DNA of 63,791 nucleotides, counting the filler, from Octopus bimaculoides (Eukaryota), in assembly GCF_001194135.2 (NCBI RefSeq). It is 6 parts of 6 records of this genome, joined end to end, with 100 filler letters (N's around TTAATTAATTAA, not from the genome) between each part and the next. Parts side by side here need not be neighbours in the genome. Positions count along the whole stretch, not along the records: positions 13,975 to 28,791 come from NC_068985.1; 5 more parts are not named here. One strand, written 5' to 3'. Positions 13,875 through 26,772 of the stretch are shown piece after piece; positions within the stretch are counted from its first letter, which is position 1, and every line of letters begins with the position of its first letter. A model generated the notes under the pieces. It was not told the DNA's origin. It saw only the letters and a program-made list of their open reading frames with translations, and did not search any database. Made by a program: the position numbers and the translations under genes.

Positions 13875-13974
13875 NNNNNNNNNNNNNNNNNNNNNNNNNN
13901 NNNNNNNNNNNNNNNNNNTTAATTAATTAANNNNNNNNNNNNNNNNNNNNNNNNNNNNNNNNNNNNNNNNNNNN
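13875..13974. other. Artificial contig spacer 44N-TTAATTAATTAA-44N
   Basis: Exactly 44 N + 12-mer (13919-13930, stops in all six frames) + 44 N. Identical at five sites. Confidence 0.97.
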
Positions 13975-14030
<56 letters not shown>

Positions 14031-14139
14031 CTACATACATCAATACCAGTGTATATGTGTGTGTATGTATGTATCTATGCAGGTATGTATGTATATGTAC
14101 GTACATGTAGAACAATGAAAATGAATGTTGAACTCTATA

Positions 14140-16110
14140 TTGGAGGACAGAGATTTTTATTTGTGTATTAAAACTGCCATTGCTTTCATCTTAACAAAAT
14201 ATCTTCATAGCTTAAATTTTCAAGCCTATCACTTAGAAGATTTGTGTTCGTCGCAATTTTGGATTAAAACACCCCTCCAATAAAAAACAGCAAAAAACAA
14301 GAAGAAACAAAAAAGATACTTGAATTCACGATAAATTCTTGAGAATTCTTGGTAAACAGAAGCAAGAAACCAAGGAGTGACTTTGGGCGACTATCTCACT
14401 TGGCTTTTACTTTGGGGAAAAATTGTGCTGAATGATAAGTTTGTTTATATTATGTTATATCCTGAATATATGTAATGCTCGTATGTTTGTGTATTGGGAG
14501 ATTTCATCATGAGGGTATCTTTGTTCTGTGTGTTGAATTCATATGATGTATATACTTAATGTTCATGTTCATCGGAAATCACTGACCTGGGAGAATTAGC
14601 GGAGTGGGTGGTGTCTTTTCTTAGAAATGTCGGAGTGCAAAATATTTCTTTTCATGCAAGGAGAGAAAGTTTCATCCTTAATGTTTAAGATGCTATCTTG
14701 TGATTGGATGATGTTTAGCTTTTCTGTTATGCAAAGCCCACGTTTGATACCCCGTTCTCTGTTCTTTCTGGCTTTAGCAATAACGCTCCATGTTATCTGA
14801 GAGTTGATTAATCCCCCTTTTTTTCTATGTCCTTATCATATTGTATAGGCATGTCGTGTGTCTTTTATCTTTGTCCCTGAATGACGTCAGATGCTGTATG
14901 TATCACTCCTGGAACAAGTTGCCCGTCCTTCTGATGTACATCATTGTCACCCCATTGCAGTCTATGATTTTGGCCTTGTATACAAATTCCTTTTTCTAGA
15001 GCTAAATAAGAACTGTCTAGCATAGGGAAATTGCATACAACGCAAAAATCATGGAATTAAAGGGAGTAACAAAGTCTGATTGATTTGAAACTTCTATTAA
15101 TGAATTTCAGATATAGACACGCCAAGGAAATTCGTTAGAAACATCGTGCATAATAATTGTTTAAAGGTACTATAGCTTCTGTGCCGTAACATTAAGATTG
15201 GTTTGACGACGATAAGGCAGACGTTCAGCAGCTTATGAAAATGATGTCTGATTCACACAAGATCTAAGTCAATGATAAACACTCCATTATCAAAAAGTGC
15301 GCATACAAAGTATGCATAAAATAGGTGCAAACTCTCCTCAGAATAATAAGGGTGTCTTGGTTGTTGTATAAATCTTCTGCTCTACGTCGAAAAGTAAGAC
15401 TCAAAACTTTCTTTGAAGTTCTCAAAATGGCATTTGGCCCCCAAGAATATGGTTTATCTTCTCTTCCGTTTTCTGATAGTCAAACTATCCCGACTGAAAA
15501 TAATTATATTCTTTCCCCGAACCAAGGAGCATTTTAAAGATGTTTTGAATGTCATATATAATGTTATTTATTCCGTTACTGAAAGACTATAACTCCTGGA
15601 ATTGTACTTAAGTCTTGCTTAAAGTAAGTTCAAATTGCCATCAAGTAAACCTGATCAAGCATAGCCCTATGTAAGAAACGTATATGACCCCAATACTTTA
15701 AATCTTGCAGTAAAAATTTTGTGCAAAATCTTTTGCAGCTCTTTGAAGTCAACTTGACAATTGGGCATGAAACGCGTAACTACAAGCATGCGCCCATAAG
15801 CAAAATCTTTGCAAGCTTTACTAATATGTGTATTTTTGTGTATTTTAGGTAATCCGTAGAATAGACTTGGTCTGTATTTAAAATTGGATAAATAGTCAAT
15901 TTCTTTTTTTAGTGAGGCCCTTTCCATGTATTTGAAGTAAGGAGGATAGGTTTTTAAGTGTCTTCTGTTGGTTATAGTGATCTATCTTCTCATAGTAAAT
16001 ATAGTTTTCCAACATGGAGAGTATTAAATTTTTATAGTACTCTATGTTCATCACTACTAATGTATTTCCTTTATTGGCTGCTTTAATGGTCAGGCTTATA
16101 TCATTTTTAT
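14140..16110 (-). mobile_element. Penelope-like element remnant
   Basis: LTIKAANKGNTLVVMNIEYYK and LFYGLPKIHK (PLE RT N-terminal motifs). Decayed GIY-YIG/C-terminal region at ~14550-14990. Confidence 0.8.
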
Positions 16111-16160
16111 ATATGTATGTATGTATGCATGTATGTATGTATGTATGTATGTATGTATGT

Positions 16161-16226
<66 letters not shown>

Positions 16227-16301
16227 ATATAGTGATTTACTTTTCGTAATGAGATAAAAATACTAAGGCTGTGTATAATATAGAGCATTTACAAATAGAA
16301 G

Positions 16302-16349
16302 GTCTTACAGCTGTTTCTAGGATATTTATTATATCCCTTCATCGGAGAC
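16302..16349 (-). ncRNA. Minimal type I hammerhead motif (CCGAUGA variant)
   Basis: Minus strand GTCT CCGATGA A GGGATAT aataa ATATCCT A GAA ACAGCTGT A AGAC: 7-bp stem II, palindromic stem III, 4-bp stem I. Lies just 5' of the PLE ORF remnant. Confidence 0.75.
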
Positions 16350-16478
16350 GGTGTGAGAGGATGGTTAAGCAATAGTTAATTTAGATAAGATAGGAAATAG
16401 AGAGTGAATGCAGGGATATTGTATTTATAAATCCATTGTTTAGGAAGAATGGTATATATATATATAAGATTCCAATAC

Positions 16479-16925
16479 CTTGTGAGTAAAATCCAATAAC
16501 CCTTAAGATTTGCCATTGCATTTGTAAATCCATCATTAAGATTCCAATACCCTATGAGTAAAATCCAACAGTCTTTGAAATTGGTCATTCCAAATACAGA
16601 GGTTATGGAGAGAGATATATAAAACTTTAAGGAGTGTCAATTGTAGTGGTGGAGTCTAAATGATGGGGTAGAGAAAAAAAATTAGGATTTTTTTCCTCTT
16701 CTTTATTTCTCTCTTCTTGTTTTCGATCTGACCTTACTAATACAATCCCTACTTTTAGGTCACTTTAAGCAGAACCCTTGATTCAATAACACTGTGTATA
16801 AACTCTGTATTTGGAATGACCAATTTCAACGACTGTTCAATTTTACTCATAGAATATTGGAATCTTAATGATGGATTTACAAAGGCAATGACCAATTTTA
16901 AAGATTATTGGATTTTACTCACAAG
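16479..16925. repeat. Foldback/MITE-like inverted repeat
   Basis: Arms 16479-16606 and 16798-16925 are reverse complements with scattered mismatches. Spacer ~190 bp; arms contain internal sub-repeats. Confidence 0.8.
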
Positions 16926-17986
16926 ATTTCTTATTAGTACTAGTTGATGAGCTGATGTCAATAGATGTTTCTTATGTCAGATGTGCAACTGCTTGCTGAT
17001 GTATTAGTCTATGTTACAGTGGTGCAACAGAAGAAAGACAATATTTGTGACAGTAGTGACACAACTGTTTCAACTTTGCTGATACTGAAACATATTTGTT
17101 GTTCTATGTTAGAATGAAAATATATTACATTCGTTCGAAAACAACTCCAAGTCGTGACGATCCAGCAAACGAGAACCTACTCGACATCCCAGAAATAGTA
17201 GCTTATCTTCTCACAAATCACGCCCTACAAACTTGATAAAAGAACACATTGAATTATATGTTCCTGTATGCAGTATATTTAAACGATAGCTGGAATGGTC
17301 ATTGATGGAACGCCTATGATAATAGGCTGCTTGTTAAGTGCTGACAATAACAAAAGCAACAATAATAATAACTCTAGATGATAATTTCAAAAGATATTTA
17401 TTGAACAGTTGGAAAATATGGGTGACTAGTACATAGTCTTCTGCTTTTAATATGATTGGGAATAAGCATTTGTAAAAATAGGTATTTCATCCTGCAGATA
17501 TGTGTAATAATTTTAAATTATTCTCTTGAGAGATGAACTAACAATATGTCTGTAGAGTAGATTTATAATTATTTTATTAATCATTAAATTTAATATATAC
17601 TAAATAATGGAATATCTAAATATATAATCAATAGTAGTGTATATAATATAATATAATATAATATAATATAATATAATATAATATAATATAATATAATATA
17701 ATATAATATANNNNNNNNNNNNNNNNNNNNNNNNNNNNNNNNNNNNNNNNNNNNNNNNNNNNNNNNNNNNNNNNNNNNNNNNNNNNNNNNNNNNNNNNNN
17801 NNNNNNNNNNNNNNNNNNNNNNNNNNNNNNNNNNNNNNNNNNNNNNNNNNNNNNATATATATATATATATATATATATATACATGTTTGGGTTCTTGTTA
17901 TCAAATTCCTATATCTCTATATTATAACAATTCTAAACGCGTAGATTATTTCACATGAAATCAGTGTCAAACCTAGTTCTTGTCTC

Positions 17987-18120
17987 TCACATCATAACAC
18001 AATGGGACACACTTGCACTTTCGGTTTTGTAACTGGTTTTATAATATAAGCCTGCTCTGTTAGACAACACCATATGATTTGGAGGTCTTTCAATGCATTG
18101 GAATTCGGTTGCATAATTAC
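17987..18120 (-). CDS. Putative last coding exon of minus-strand gene (unknown, Cys-containing)
   Basis: Acceptor TTTTTTTTCTTATTTCAG|GT. Phase-1 reading continues the 18626 exon: SNYATEFQCIERPPNHMVLSNRAGLYYKTSYKTESASVSHCVMM* (TGA 17987-17989). Confidence 0.6.
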
Positions 18121-18274
18121 CTGAAATAAGAAAAAAAACGTGTCAACAAAATATTGATTTATTTTTACAGGATAATAGTTCTTGGAATTAATTAATCTTA
18201 TATACATTTCTTTAATAAGGTTAACGATTAATTTAAGATTGAAAACCAAAGTGATGTCTACCTGCCTACCTACA

Positions 18275-18356
<82 letters not shown>

Positions 18357-18357
18357 C

Positions 18358-18405
<48 letters not shown>

Positions 18406-18625
18406 GTCTACATCTAAATGTGAATGCAAGTAGAGAGAAGACATGAATGAAAATACAAGTTGAATACCTGGTGATTATGAAGTTTTTATATCTCTACCTT
18501 CTCTATTTTTTTCCGAACACCAGAACCAAGTAATTAAGAAGTAATCTTCTTATCAGGCAACCAAATATTAATGTTAATGCAGCAAAATTATTAATATTTC
18601 GTTTTAAAAAATATATATTACTTAC

Positions 18626-18892
18626 TCAAAATTCCTCCTGCTGGAACAAACTTGCTAAGTATATTGAAATGCAGGGAAAAAAATGCTTCCCCGTTCGAAC
18701 TTCTGTATTGGCTTACTGTTATTGAAAATGAAGATGTCATTTGCAATACTTTTGGTTTGATGATATCAGTCGGGCCTTGTGCATCAGGAGTATAGCTAAC
18801 ATCACTGGAATGCATCCTAACATGTATTTCATTAAGAGTTCTCAAGCAATTAGTGCTTGATCCTTTTTTCACTTGACCATAAACAAATACAC
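18626..18892 (-). CDS. 267-bp phase 1-1 exon, product unknown
   Basis: TTGTCTTTATTCTACAG|GT...TTGA|GTAAGT. Open frame GVFVYGQVKKGSSTNCLRTLNEIHVRMHSSDVSYTPDAQGPTDIIKPKVLQMTSSFSITVSQYRSSNGEAFFSLHFNIL SKFVPAGGIL. Confidence 0.75.
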
Positions 18893-18970
18893 CTGTAGAA
18901 TAAAGACAATTTATTTAAAACATTACATAAGGATAAAATATAAATTTATTTTACATTGAATTAGTTATTT

Positions 18971-19335
18971 TGTTAACACCTCATGATGGAATAATTTTGG
19001 CAAATCTCATAGTCTTTTCAGATGATATCTCAACAGCAGAAATAATCGACCCTGAAAATGTCGCATCGATAATTAACACCAAGATGCACACTTAGCAGTG
19101 TACAGTGGCCTACAACGGAAACACGCGTAGGTCTAAGTGAAGAACGATCTAAATAACTGTATAATAAAGCTAGGATGTGCAAGTCTCCGTTCTCCTGGTC
19201 TTCATTAATTTCATTATTTTCTCTACGGAAACTGTGCAGTCCTTATAAGGACGTTCGGATTTACCAAGTGAGGATTAACCGAGTATAGTGAATTTTAACT
19301 AATTTGACTTTCATCAACACTTGCAGTGGTTAGCA
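18971..19335. repeat. 365-bp direct duplication, copy 1 (copy 2 at 23572-23936)
   Basis: Near-identical sequence; about 6 substitutions counted by eye. Confidence 0.95.
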
Positions 19336-19866
19336 AATTATTTTGATTTTTATATTATTGTATTGGATTAAACATGGTAGAAATTTTCACAATTATTAAA
19401 ATATTTCTTTCTTTGAATTTGAACAATTGCATTGTATTAATAATTAGAACTTTCATTTCAAAACTCGGAAATAAAAATATTGTTTATGTGCTTTTAATAA
19501 TTATGTGTCACTGGGACAAACATAGGTCTATGGCAAACTCCAAGGGTAGGAATGAGCTACCCACTAATACATGAAACGAATGTTCACAGATTACTCACAG
19601 TCAACCAACATACAGAACTGAACGTTTTCCTGATGTCAAGAACGGACAAGTTGGGGAACGGGGAGGTAAAATATGAATTGTTCAAAAATGAATAATGCAA
19701 TAGTTTATTGATGGAAATTGGAACTTACAGCATTTCACTATACAATGTAATATCGTCCTGATAAAAGAAACGTTCCCCCTGACAAATTTACTTGCTTACA
19801 CACCTGTTGAACCCGCTACTACTTTAACACATACTGACATCTATAACAAGCTCTTATCCAGGTATA

Positions 19867-20142
19867 CGTCCTTGTTTTCGTATAGATTCGCTGCTTTCTT
19901 CCAAGGAATCTAATGCCCTTAGCTTAGTTTTTCTTTGGGGCTGACCAGATTGGAGCAATCTCGAGTATAACCAGCCGAAATTGCAAAGATAATCTGGATC
20001 TCGACTGAGGATAGAAAACTCCGAATGATCCGTCCTTGTGTTCTGTGTATCGTCTGTCTGGATGTTTTGTTGTCCCTTTTTTGTATCACCTAACTGTCTG
20101 GATGTTTTGCGTTCTTGTCCCATTTTTGTATTTTTTATATAT
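19867..20142. repeat. ~277-bp direct repeat, copy 1 (copy 2 at 20963-21240), probably PLE pseudo-LTR-like
   Basis: Two diverged copies of CGTCCTTGTTTTCGTATA...TTTTTATATAT. Contains a CTGAGGA...CCGAAT HHR-like remnant. Confidence 0.7.
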
Positions 20143-20962
20143 AAAAATATAGCGGCCTACGTACACTTTGGTCTCTTATATATATATATAACAATTGCAG
20201 CGTGGAAGGTGTTTATAAGCCATTTAAAATAACACACAAAATCCGTTAGATTCACTTCAACATTTAAATTTAATTTGTCAAAATATTTTCGTCNNNNNNN
20301 NNNNNNNNNNNNNNNNNNNNNNNNNNNNNNNNNNNNNNNNNNNNNNNNNNNNNNNNNNNNNNNNNNNNNNNNNNNNNNNNNNNNNNNNNNNNNNNNNNNN
20401 NNNNNNNNNNNNNNNNNNNNNNNNNNNNNNNNNNNNNNNNNNNNNNNNNNNNNNNNNNNNNNNNNNNNNNNNNNNNNNNNNNNNNNNNNNNNNNNNNNNN
20501 NNNNNNNNNNNNNNNNNNNNNNNNNNNNCTATTCTTTCCTTCTTTCCTTCTTTCCTTCTTTCTATCAGCCCTTTCACGCTTACCTCGTTCATTCTACTCT
20601 TCGCTCTTTCGTTCCCCCTCTCTCACATTTCCTGGCCTTCTCTTCATGCTCACTTTCCCTCCTCTTTTACTTCACTCTGTCCCTTTCATTTTTTTCTCGC
20701 CTCTCCTTAATTCTTCAATCCTTCTGCCTCTACTTCTCTACCTTCTCTCCCCCCACGTGACCGGTGTTCGGCCAAGCCTGACCTTTCTTTCTTGGTTCGA
20801 CTACCATCCGTGCAACATCTATATTCCTCCCTGCCCAGTCAAACCTTATGTCCCTGCCGTAAGGCTTTACTTCCACACACGCCAGCTTAATTTAATTCGT
20901 CCTTAGTCGAAAGACACCTGTTATTTGTATTTGTAATTGTGTAACATTTCTCCGTTTTTTTC

Positions 20963-21240
20963 CGTCCTTGTTTTCGTATACATTTGCTGCTTTTTTCCCA
21001 AGGTATCTAATGCTCTTAGCTTAGTTTTTCCTTGGAGCTGGCCAGATTGGAGCAAGCTGAAGCATAACCAGCCGAAATTGCAAAGATAATCTGGAACTCG
21101 ACTGAGGAAAGAAAACTCCGAATGACCTGTCCTTGTTTTCTTTGTCTCGTCTGTCTGGATGTTTTGTTGTCCCTTTTTTTGTATCACCTAACTGTCTGGA
21201 TGTTTTGCGTTCTTGTTCCATTTTTGTATTTTTTATATAT
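20963..21240. repeat. ~277-bp direct repeat, copy 2
   Basis: See 19867-20142. Confidence 0.7.
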
Positions 21241-21299
21241 ACATTAGTTACTCCATTTTGTTAGAGCTCGTAATACGACTTTTCTAGAGAGAATGTGGA

Positions 21300-22960
21300 A
21301 AAGAATTATAAGTATAACTCAGAAAATAGTAGAAAATGTGTCTACATGTGTCGGCTAATGAAGAAATTTTCAAGCATAATGGAAACTTTTAATAATAATA
21401 ATGAAAAAATAAAATAACAGTGATAGTATTACTCGATTCAGTGGAATTAAAAATAGTAAGGATAAAAATAATATGAGATAAATAACGATAAGTAAATTGA
21501 AATAAGACAGAGTAAAGCGAAGGATAACTATAATTCTAATAGAATGGAACCGTATAAACAAACAAGAAAACTTAACACTCATAAAGATGTTAATATAAAG
21601 TACCTTAACAAAGCAGTTAATAAATATGTAAACTTGCCCATTAAAAATACTAAAATAGATTGCGAATATGATGTAAAGCAGATGCTAACTAGAGACATAG
21701 GATAAACACACCTTTAATATGAACACCAAAAATTTCTCTAGTAATAAAGTATATGATAATACGGAATGCTTTATTATTCCCTTCGTTAAGCGAAATATTT
21801 CCAACATTCCGAAATTATTCTATTCGGCAGTAGTAAAAAATTTTAATTAAATTTTTAACTCGCACAAAATTAGGATAGCATTTTCCAATAGTAAAAACCT
21901 AGCACAAATCATTGCGGCACAGAACACGAAGAGATGGAATAATTTCTATGAGAATGGTATTAATTACAATCAGAATTTTATATTAAGCAATATCGAAATA
22001 AGAGTTGTCGACAGATGTAACATAATGAGAAATAAGGTAAACAATCCAAGAGAAGCAACTGATAATAATCCGCTGACAGGACTAGAGAGAAAGAGAGAGA
22101 GAGAGAGGGGGGGGGGAGAGTATGTATGCTAGAAAGTACAGCACTGGTAAAGTAAATAATCAAAATAGAGATGATAACGAAATGTATAGTAACAAGGGAA
22201 TTAATGCAAGGGAAGTACTAACTCAAACACTATGTCGGAAAATGGTACCCAGAATGCAGAAAATCAAAATAGTAAATATCTTGAAATCAAAATAGTAGAT
22301 AGCTTGGAACATAGGAAAAAACTCTAGTAATATAAATAATCAACTAAAAATAGGAGATTATAGAAGTATAGTTAGAGACAAAAATTGCAATTGAGCAACA
22401 CATAAATTATGCCCGCTAAAATTAAATTGCAGAATTAAAGATGCAGCTTACAGATATAAAGTAATTTCAGAAGGCCAGGTATATTCTAACACAGAAGCAA
22501 GTTCGACTTTTATTAAATTCAGAATAGCTGATCAGGAACTATCGTTTCGGGATAAAAATAAGAAAAATAATACGAGTTTAAGTAAATTAATTTGGGCACT
22601 AAAAGATAAAGCATACACAATTAACTGGGGAAATAATTAGCAGAGCTAAACCGTATTTCAGAGAAAGCAAACCGTGAATTGTGTGTCGAAGAAATTTACC
22701 AAATTCTTACCACAAACTTCAAATTTGTACACCATAGACAAGAAAGTACCTAAGATGTGTTCAAGCATCTAAATATACTTTTAAGAAGTTTAAGTAAATG
22801 CATTACACGAACTACTAACGTTAGAACTAAAATTGAGTAAATTATAATAAATAACGAACTTGAATTAAATACAAACCACTACAAAGTAAAACTATATAAA
22901 ATTTTAAAAGAATTGAAAACCAAGCTTAAATCGAATAAAATTAACTATAAGTTAGATGTT
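21300..22960 (+). mobile_element. Penelope-like element 3' remnant (GIY-YIG region)
   Basis: Decayed IFNSHKIRIAFSNSKNLAQII and FRDKNKKNNTSLSKLIWALKDKAYTINW motifs typical of PLE C-termini. Confidence 0.7.
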
Positions 22961-22975
22961 AAATTAATTTCAACA

Positions 22976-23137
22976 GTGGCTGCGAGGTAAGAAACTTACT
23001 TCCTAACCACATCATGGTTCTGAGTTCAGTCTCACTGCATAGCACCTGGGACAGGTGTCTCCTACTGTAGCCTCGGGCTAACCAAAGCCTTGTGAGTGGA
23101 TTTGGTAGACGTAAACTGAAAGAAGCCCGTCGTATAT
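22976..23137 (+). mobile_element. tRNA-derived SINE (OR-like family)
   Basis: A-box-like TGGCTGCGAGGTAA, B-box-like GAGTTCAGTCTC, body CCAAAGCCTTGTGAGTGGATTTGGTAGACG, (TA)n tail. Multiple copies in the window. A further SINE-like segment follows at ~23180-23330. Confidence 0.8.
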
Positions 23138-23571
23138 ATATGTATACATATCTATATGTGTGTATCTGTGTTAGTTCCCCTCTATCTCCACTTGACAACC
23201 AGTGTTGGTGTGTTTACGTCCTTGTAAATTAGCAGTTTAGCAAAAGACACCGATAGAATAAGTACTAGGCTTAAAAGAAAATAAGTCCCGAGGTCGATTC
23301 ATTCGACTAAAAAAAATTAAGGCGGTGCCTAATGATTGAAACATGTAAAAAGATAAGATAAAAAGATAATAGATAATAGACCCATAGATTAATAATATAG
23401 AAACAATAAGAAGCCAAAAATAATTGAACACCTTTAGAAAAAATAAGAATACTATTCCGAATTAGTAGACTGGTTAGCTAGAATATGAATTAGGAACGTA
23501 AGGAACATTGATAAATACCAAAGTAGCAGGGGTAAATGACAGGTCACGAGATATATAAATATTAATATTAA

Positions 23572-23936
23572 TGTTAACACCTCATGATGGAATAATTTTG
23601 GCAAATCTCATAGTCTTTTCAGATGATATCTCAACAGCAGAAATAATCGACCCTGAAAATGTCGCACCGATAATTAACACCAAGATGCACACTTAGCAGT
23701 GTACAACGGCCTGCAGCGGAAACACGCGTAGGTCTAAGTGAAGAACGATCTAAATAACTGTATAATAAAGCTAGGATGTGCAAGTCTCCGTTCTCCTGGT
23801 CTTCATTAATTTCATTATTTTCTCTACGGAAACTGTGCAGTCCTTATAAGGACGTTTGGATTTACCAAGTGAGGATTAACCGAGTATAGTGAATTTTAAC
23901 TAATTTGACTTTCATCAACACTTGCAGTGGTTAGCA
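23572..23936. repeat. 365-bp direct duplication, copy 2
   Basis: See 18971-19335. Confidence 0.95.
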
Positions 23937-24223
23937 TTGACAATCGATAAGAGCGAACACGGTAACTGCCACGATTATATACCCCTCGGNNNNNNNNNNN
24001 NNNNNNNNNNNNNNNNNNNNNNNNNNNNNNNNNNNNNNNNNNNNNNNNNNNNNNNNNNNNNNNNNNNNNNNNNNNNNNNNNNNNNNNNNNNNNNNNNNNN
24101 NNNNNNNNNNNNNNNNNNNNNNNNNNNNNNNNNNNNNNNNNNNNNNNNNNNNNNNNNNNNNNNNNNNNNNNNNNNNNNNNNNNNNNNNNNNNNNNNNNNN
24201 NNNNNNNNNNNNNNNNNNNNNNN

Positions 24224-24283
<60 letters not shown>

Positions 24284-24287
24284 GTAG

Positions 24288-24410
24288 GACAGGCTTATTT
24301 CAGATTGCGTCTACTATATCCACTGACATTCCTTTGGTCGGCCCGAGGCAATATTAGAAGACACTTGCCCAAGTACTGAAACCATGTGGTTTGAAAGCAA
24401 GCTATCTATA
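24288..24410 (-). mobile_element. OR-like SINE copy
   Basis: Diverged reverse-complement match to 22976-23137. Confidence 0.65.
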
Positions 24411-25248
24411 TTGATACATATACATATTTCTAAAATATTAAAAAAAAAAAATATTATAGGAAGATAACATCCTTTGTTTCGACGATTTTTATGCCACCCA
24501 TTTCAAAACTCTTGTATGTGTATCCACAATACATAAAGAAAGAAACAATACAGACTGCTAAATGCAAAATAAAAGTAATACTAAAATGTGCAAAATTAAG
24601 TTTTTATGACATGACCCCATTTCTAATGTAAAATATTAGAAGGTTAAAAAAGACTCTATTAGGGGATTTATACACGAAGCACCCTTTTGCTGACATTTCC
24701 ACAGAAAACCACCCTTCCTTCTGGAGCATTTTGTCCAAGTCATCCTGTTATCGGCTTAAAAGTCTGTTTTGTGCAAGCCATAGAACATCTTCAGAGGAAC
24801 CCTCACATAACTACAGGAGGGTGACAATTTGAAAGATATTGCATATCATGATCAACATGATTAAGACAAACAAATAGCTCCCTAAATTATCATATAGCGG
24901 AATGTGTCAGTGTTACAATCTCACCCTAATCTCCACCTGAAACATTGTCATCCTAAGTATTGCCAGATGAAGATTCATCACTCCAAGATTGACCACAAGA
25001 AGGATTATTTCTCGACCAATGATTAAAGTTGTTATTCTTCAGATGATCCCAATGTCTCATATCTCAATTTTCATGAGAAATGAATTTATATAAAATTTTA
25101 TACTCATATTTGAAACTACCATTTCAGTTAAATTCTGAAATATAGTAAAACAAATTGTGCATATCTTTTTATAATGAATAAATTATCTCATAATTTTATG
25201 AAAGGCAATCAATATTCATATTATTAGTATTAATATTGAATCTCATAC

Positions 25249-25353
25249 CTGCTTGCCGATCAGCCAAAAGAAGGATTTCAGTTTGGTTTCTGCATTCAAT
25301 AGTATCAACAAAACACAAGTCTATCGAACAATTTAATGGTTTTATTAAAACAC
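25249..25353 (-). CDS. 105-bp phase 1-1 exon (Cys-containing, unknown)
   Basis: TTTTTTTTTCCCCAG|GT...CAG|GTATGA. Reads GVLIKPLNCSIDLCFVDTIECRNQTEILLLADRQA, in frame with its neighbours. Confidence 0.8.
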
Positions 25354-25729
25354 CTGGGGAAAAAAAAAACAGGAAAAGAATGACCTTTTTGTATTTGCTG
25401 TTTCTTGGGAAAGTTATACTAAAAATGAGCAAACGCGAGTGGATATATCTGTTTACTAAGTAAAGTGCATATACAAACATACACACAGAGAGGGATATTT
25501 AGGTTTCTCAAAGGTATTTTTAATATGTAATTATTGTGTTGAAAAACATTCCCACGTATCGTATTCAACTTTCTTTTGTATTTATACCTCTATATATAGT
25601 TTGACATCCAATTATTAAAAAACTGACCTAGAATTAAATTTTTTATTACAAACTAATATTGTCATATTTTGATCATTAACATGTTGTGCATGTTATGGAA
25701 ATTCGAACTAAATAGGTTAAGCAAAATTA

Positions 25730-25900
25730 CAAGGCCTGAGAGTCGCATCAGGTAGCTTCCATCTGCGGATTCCCTCACAAAGCATTGGTTGACCCGGCGC
25801 TATCATAGAAGACACTTGCCCAAGGTGCCGCACAATGGAGCTGAAGATGAAGTCAAGTGGTTGCAAATCGAGCTTCCTAACTACAAAACCATATCTATTT
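25730..25900 (-). mobile_element. OR-like SINE copy
   Basis: GAAGACACTTGCCCAAGGTGCCGCAC matches the family. Confidence 0.65.
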
Positions 25901-26049
25901 CATTATGAAAGTTACTGAAAATTTATAAAATATATACTTTTCAAAGTGTATTAGTTTGAAATTTGTTACTATTTTGGAGGATTGATATTTTAAAAATTCA
26001 GCAAATATATTACACTTTGATAAATAAAACGATGTTCATATTTTCTTAC

Positions 26050-26154
26050 CAGGCCTGTATTGAAGAAGTGGTACACTTGTTGTTGTTGTTATTGGTAGTG
26101 TATTTGTTGTTCTTCGTGGTGCTGCATGTGTGGCAGGGTATCTGAATGAAGTTT
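26050..26154 (-). CDS. 105-bp phase 1-1 Thr/Pro-rich linker exon
   Basis: AATGTTGTTTCAG|AA...CCTG|GTAAGA. Reads ETSFRYPATHAAPRRTTNTLPITTTTSVPLLQYRP. Confidence 0.75.
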
Positions 26155-26772
26155 CTGAAACAACATTGTTCGATTTGAATTTAAAGCAATATAACAATTT
26201 AGATCTTACTCATTATGAAAATTAAACGGAAAACTTTAGGATTAAAGCTTGTTTTGAACAGAGCAGCTATGAAAGATTTAATATCATTAAACTGTATAAG
26301 TTTCAAGAAAACAAAAACAAAACATCAAAACAAAACAAAGTTCTAAACAAGAGTCATTTTGGATGTCCAATGATGTTTCCTAGAAAGGACATATAACTAC
26401 TGAAAATGAAATATCCTTGAAACTAGACTTCGTTATTATTGCTAAAACGTACTCCATCTGCCTTATAACGGCAATAGCAACGACTCCGTTTAAACTTATT
26501 AACTTCATGTTATGTAGCCTCTCTTTATACAACAGTCTCCTCTTGTTAGGTGTTATTCTGCTGAAATGGCATTTGAAGAGTATGCTCTCAATGAAGGTGA
26601 ATAACTTAAACATAGTTACATATGTTGAGAACAGTAAGAAATGCTGTAGAAAGAGATCACAAATTCATTACTGCTTATTTCTGATTATCTTCATGTATTA
26701 TAATACTCTCTATAATGTACTATTTGAAAATTATATATTTTACACAAATTGGATTAAAAGAATAATTTAGAC

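Noticed and set aside
19040-19130. Possible exon in the 365-bp duplicate (minus strand, ILVLIIDATFSG, vWA-like)
   Set aside because: The frame is bounded by stops, is incompatible with the candidate acceptor, and has no good donor.
24620-24830. Minus-strand MTWTKCSRRKGGFLWKC, faintly like a Merlin/IS1595 transposase N-terminus
   Set aside because: Short, with no TIR or catalytic motif found.
25120-25134. Possible 15-bp microexon on minus strand
   Set aside because: Good acceptor but weak donor (GTAGTT) and a stop in the required phase.
26401-26643. Possible exon after strong acceptor CTCTTTCTACAG, faint vWA-like GVVAIAVI
   Set aside because: Multiple stops in phase 1. The open phase-0 frame is incompatible with the next exon, and the donor is unclear.
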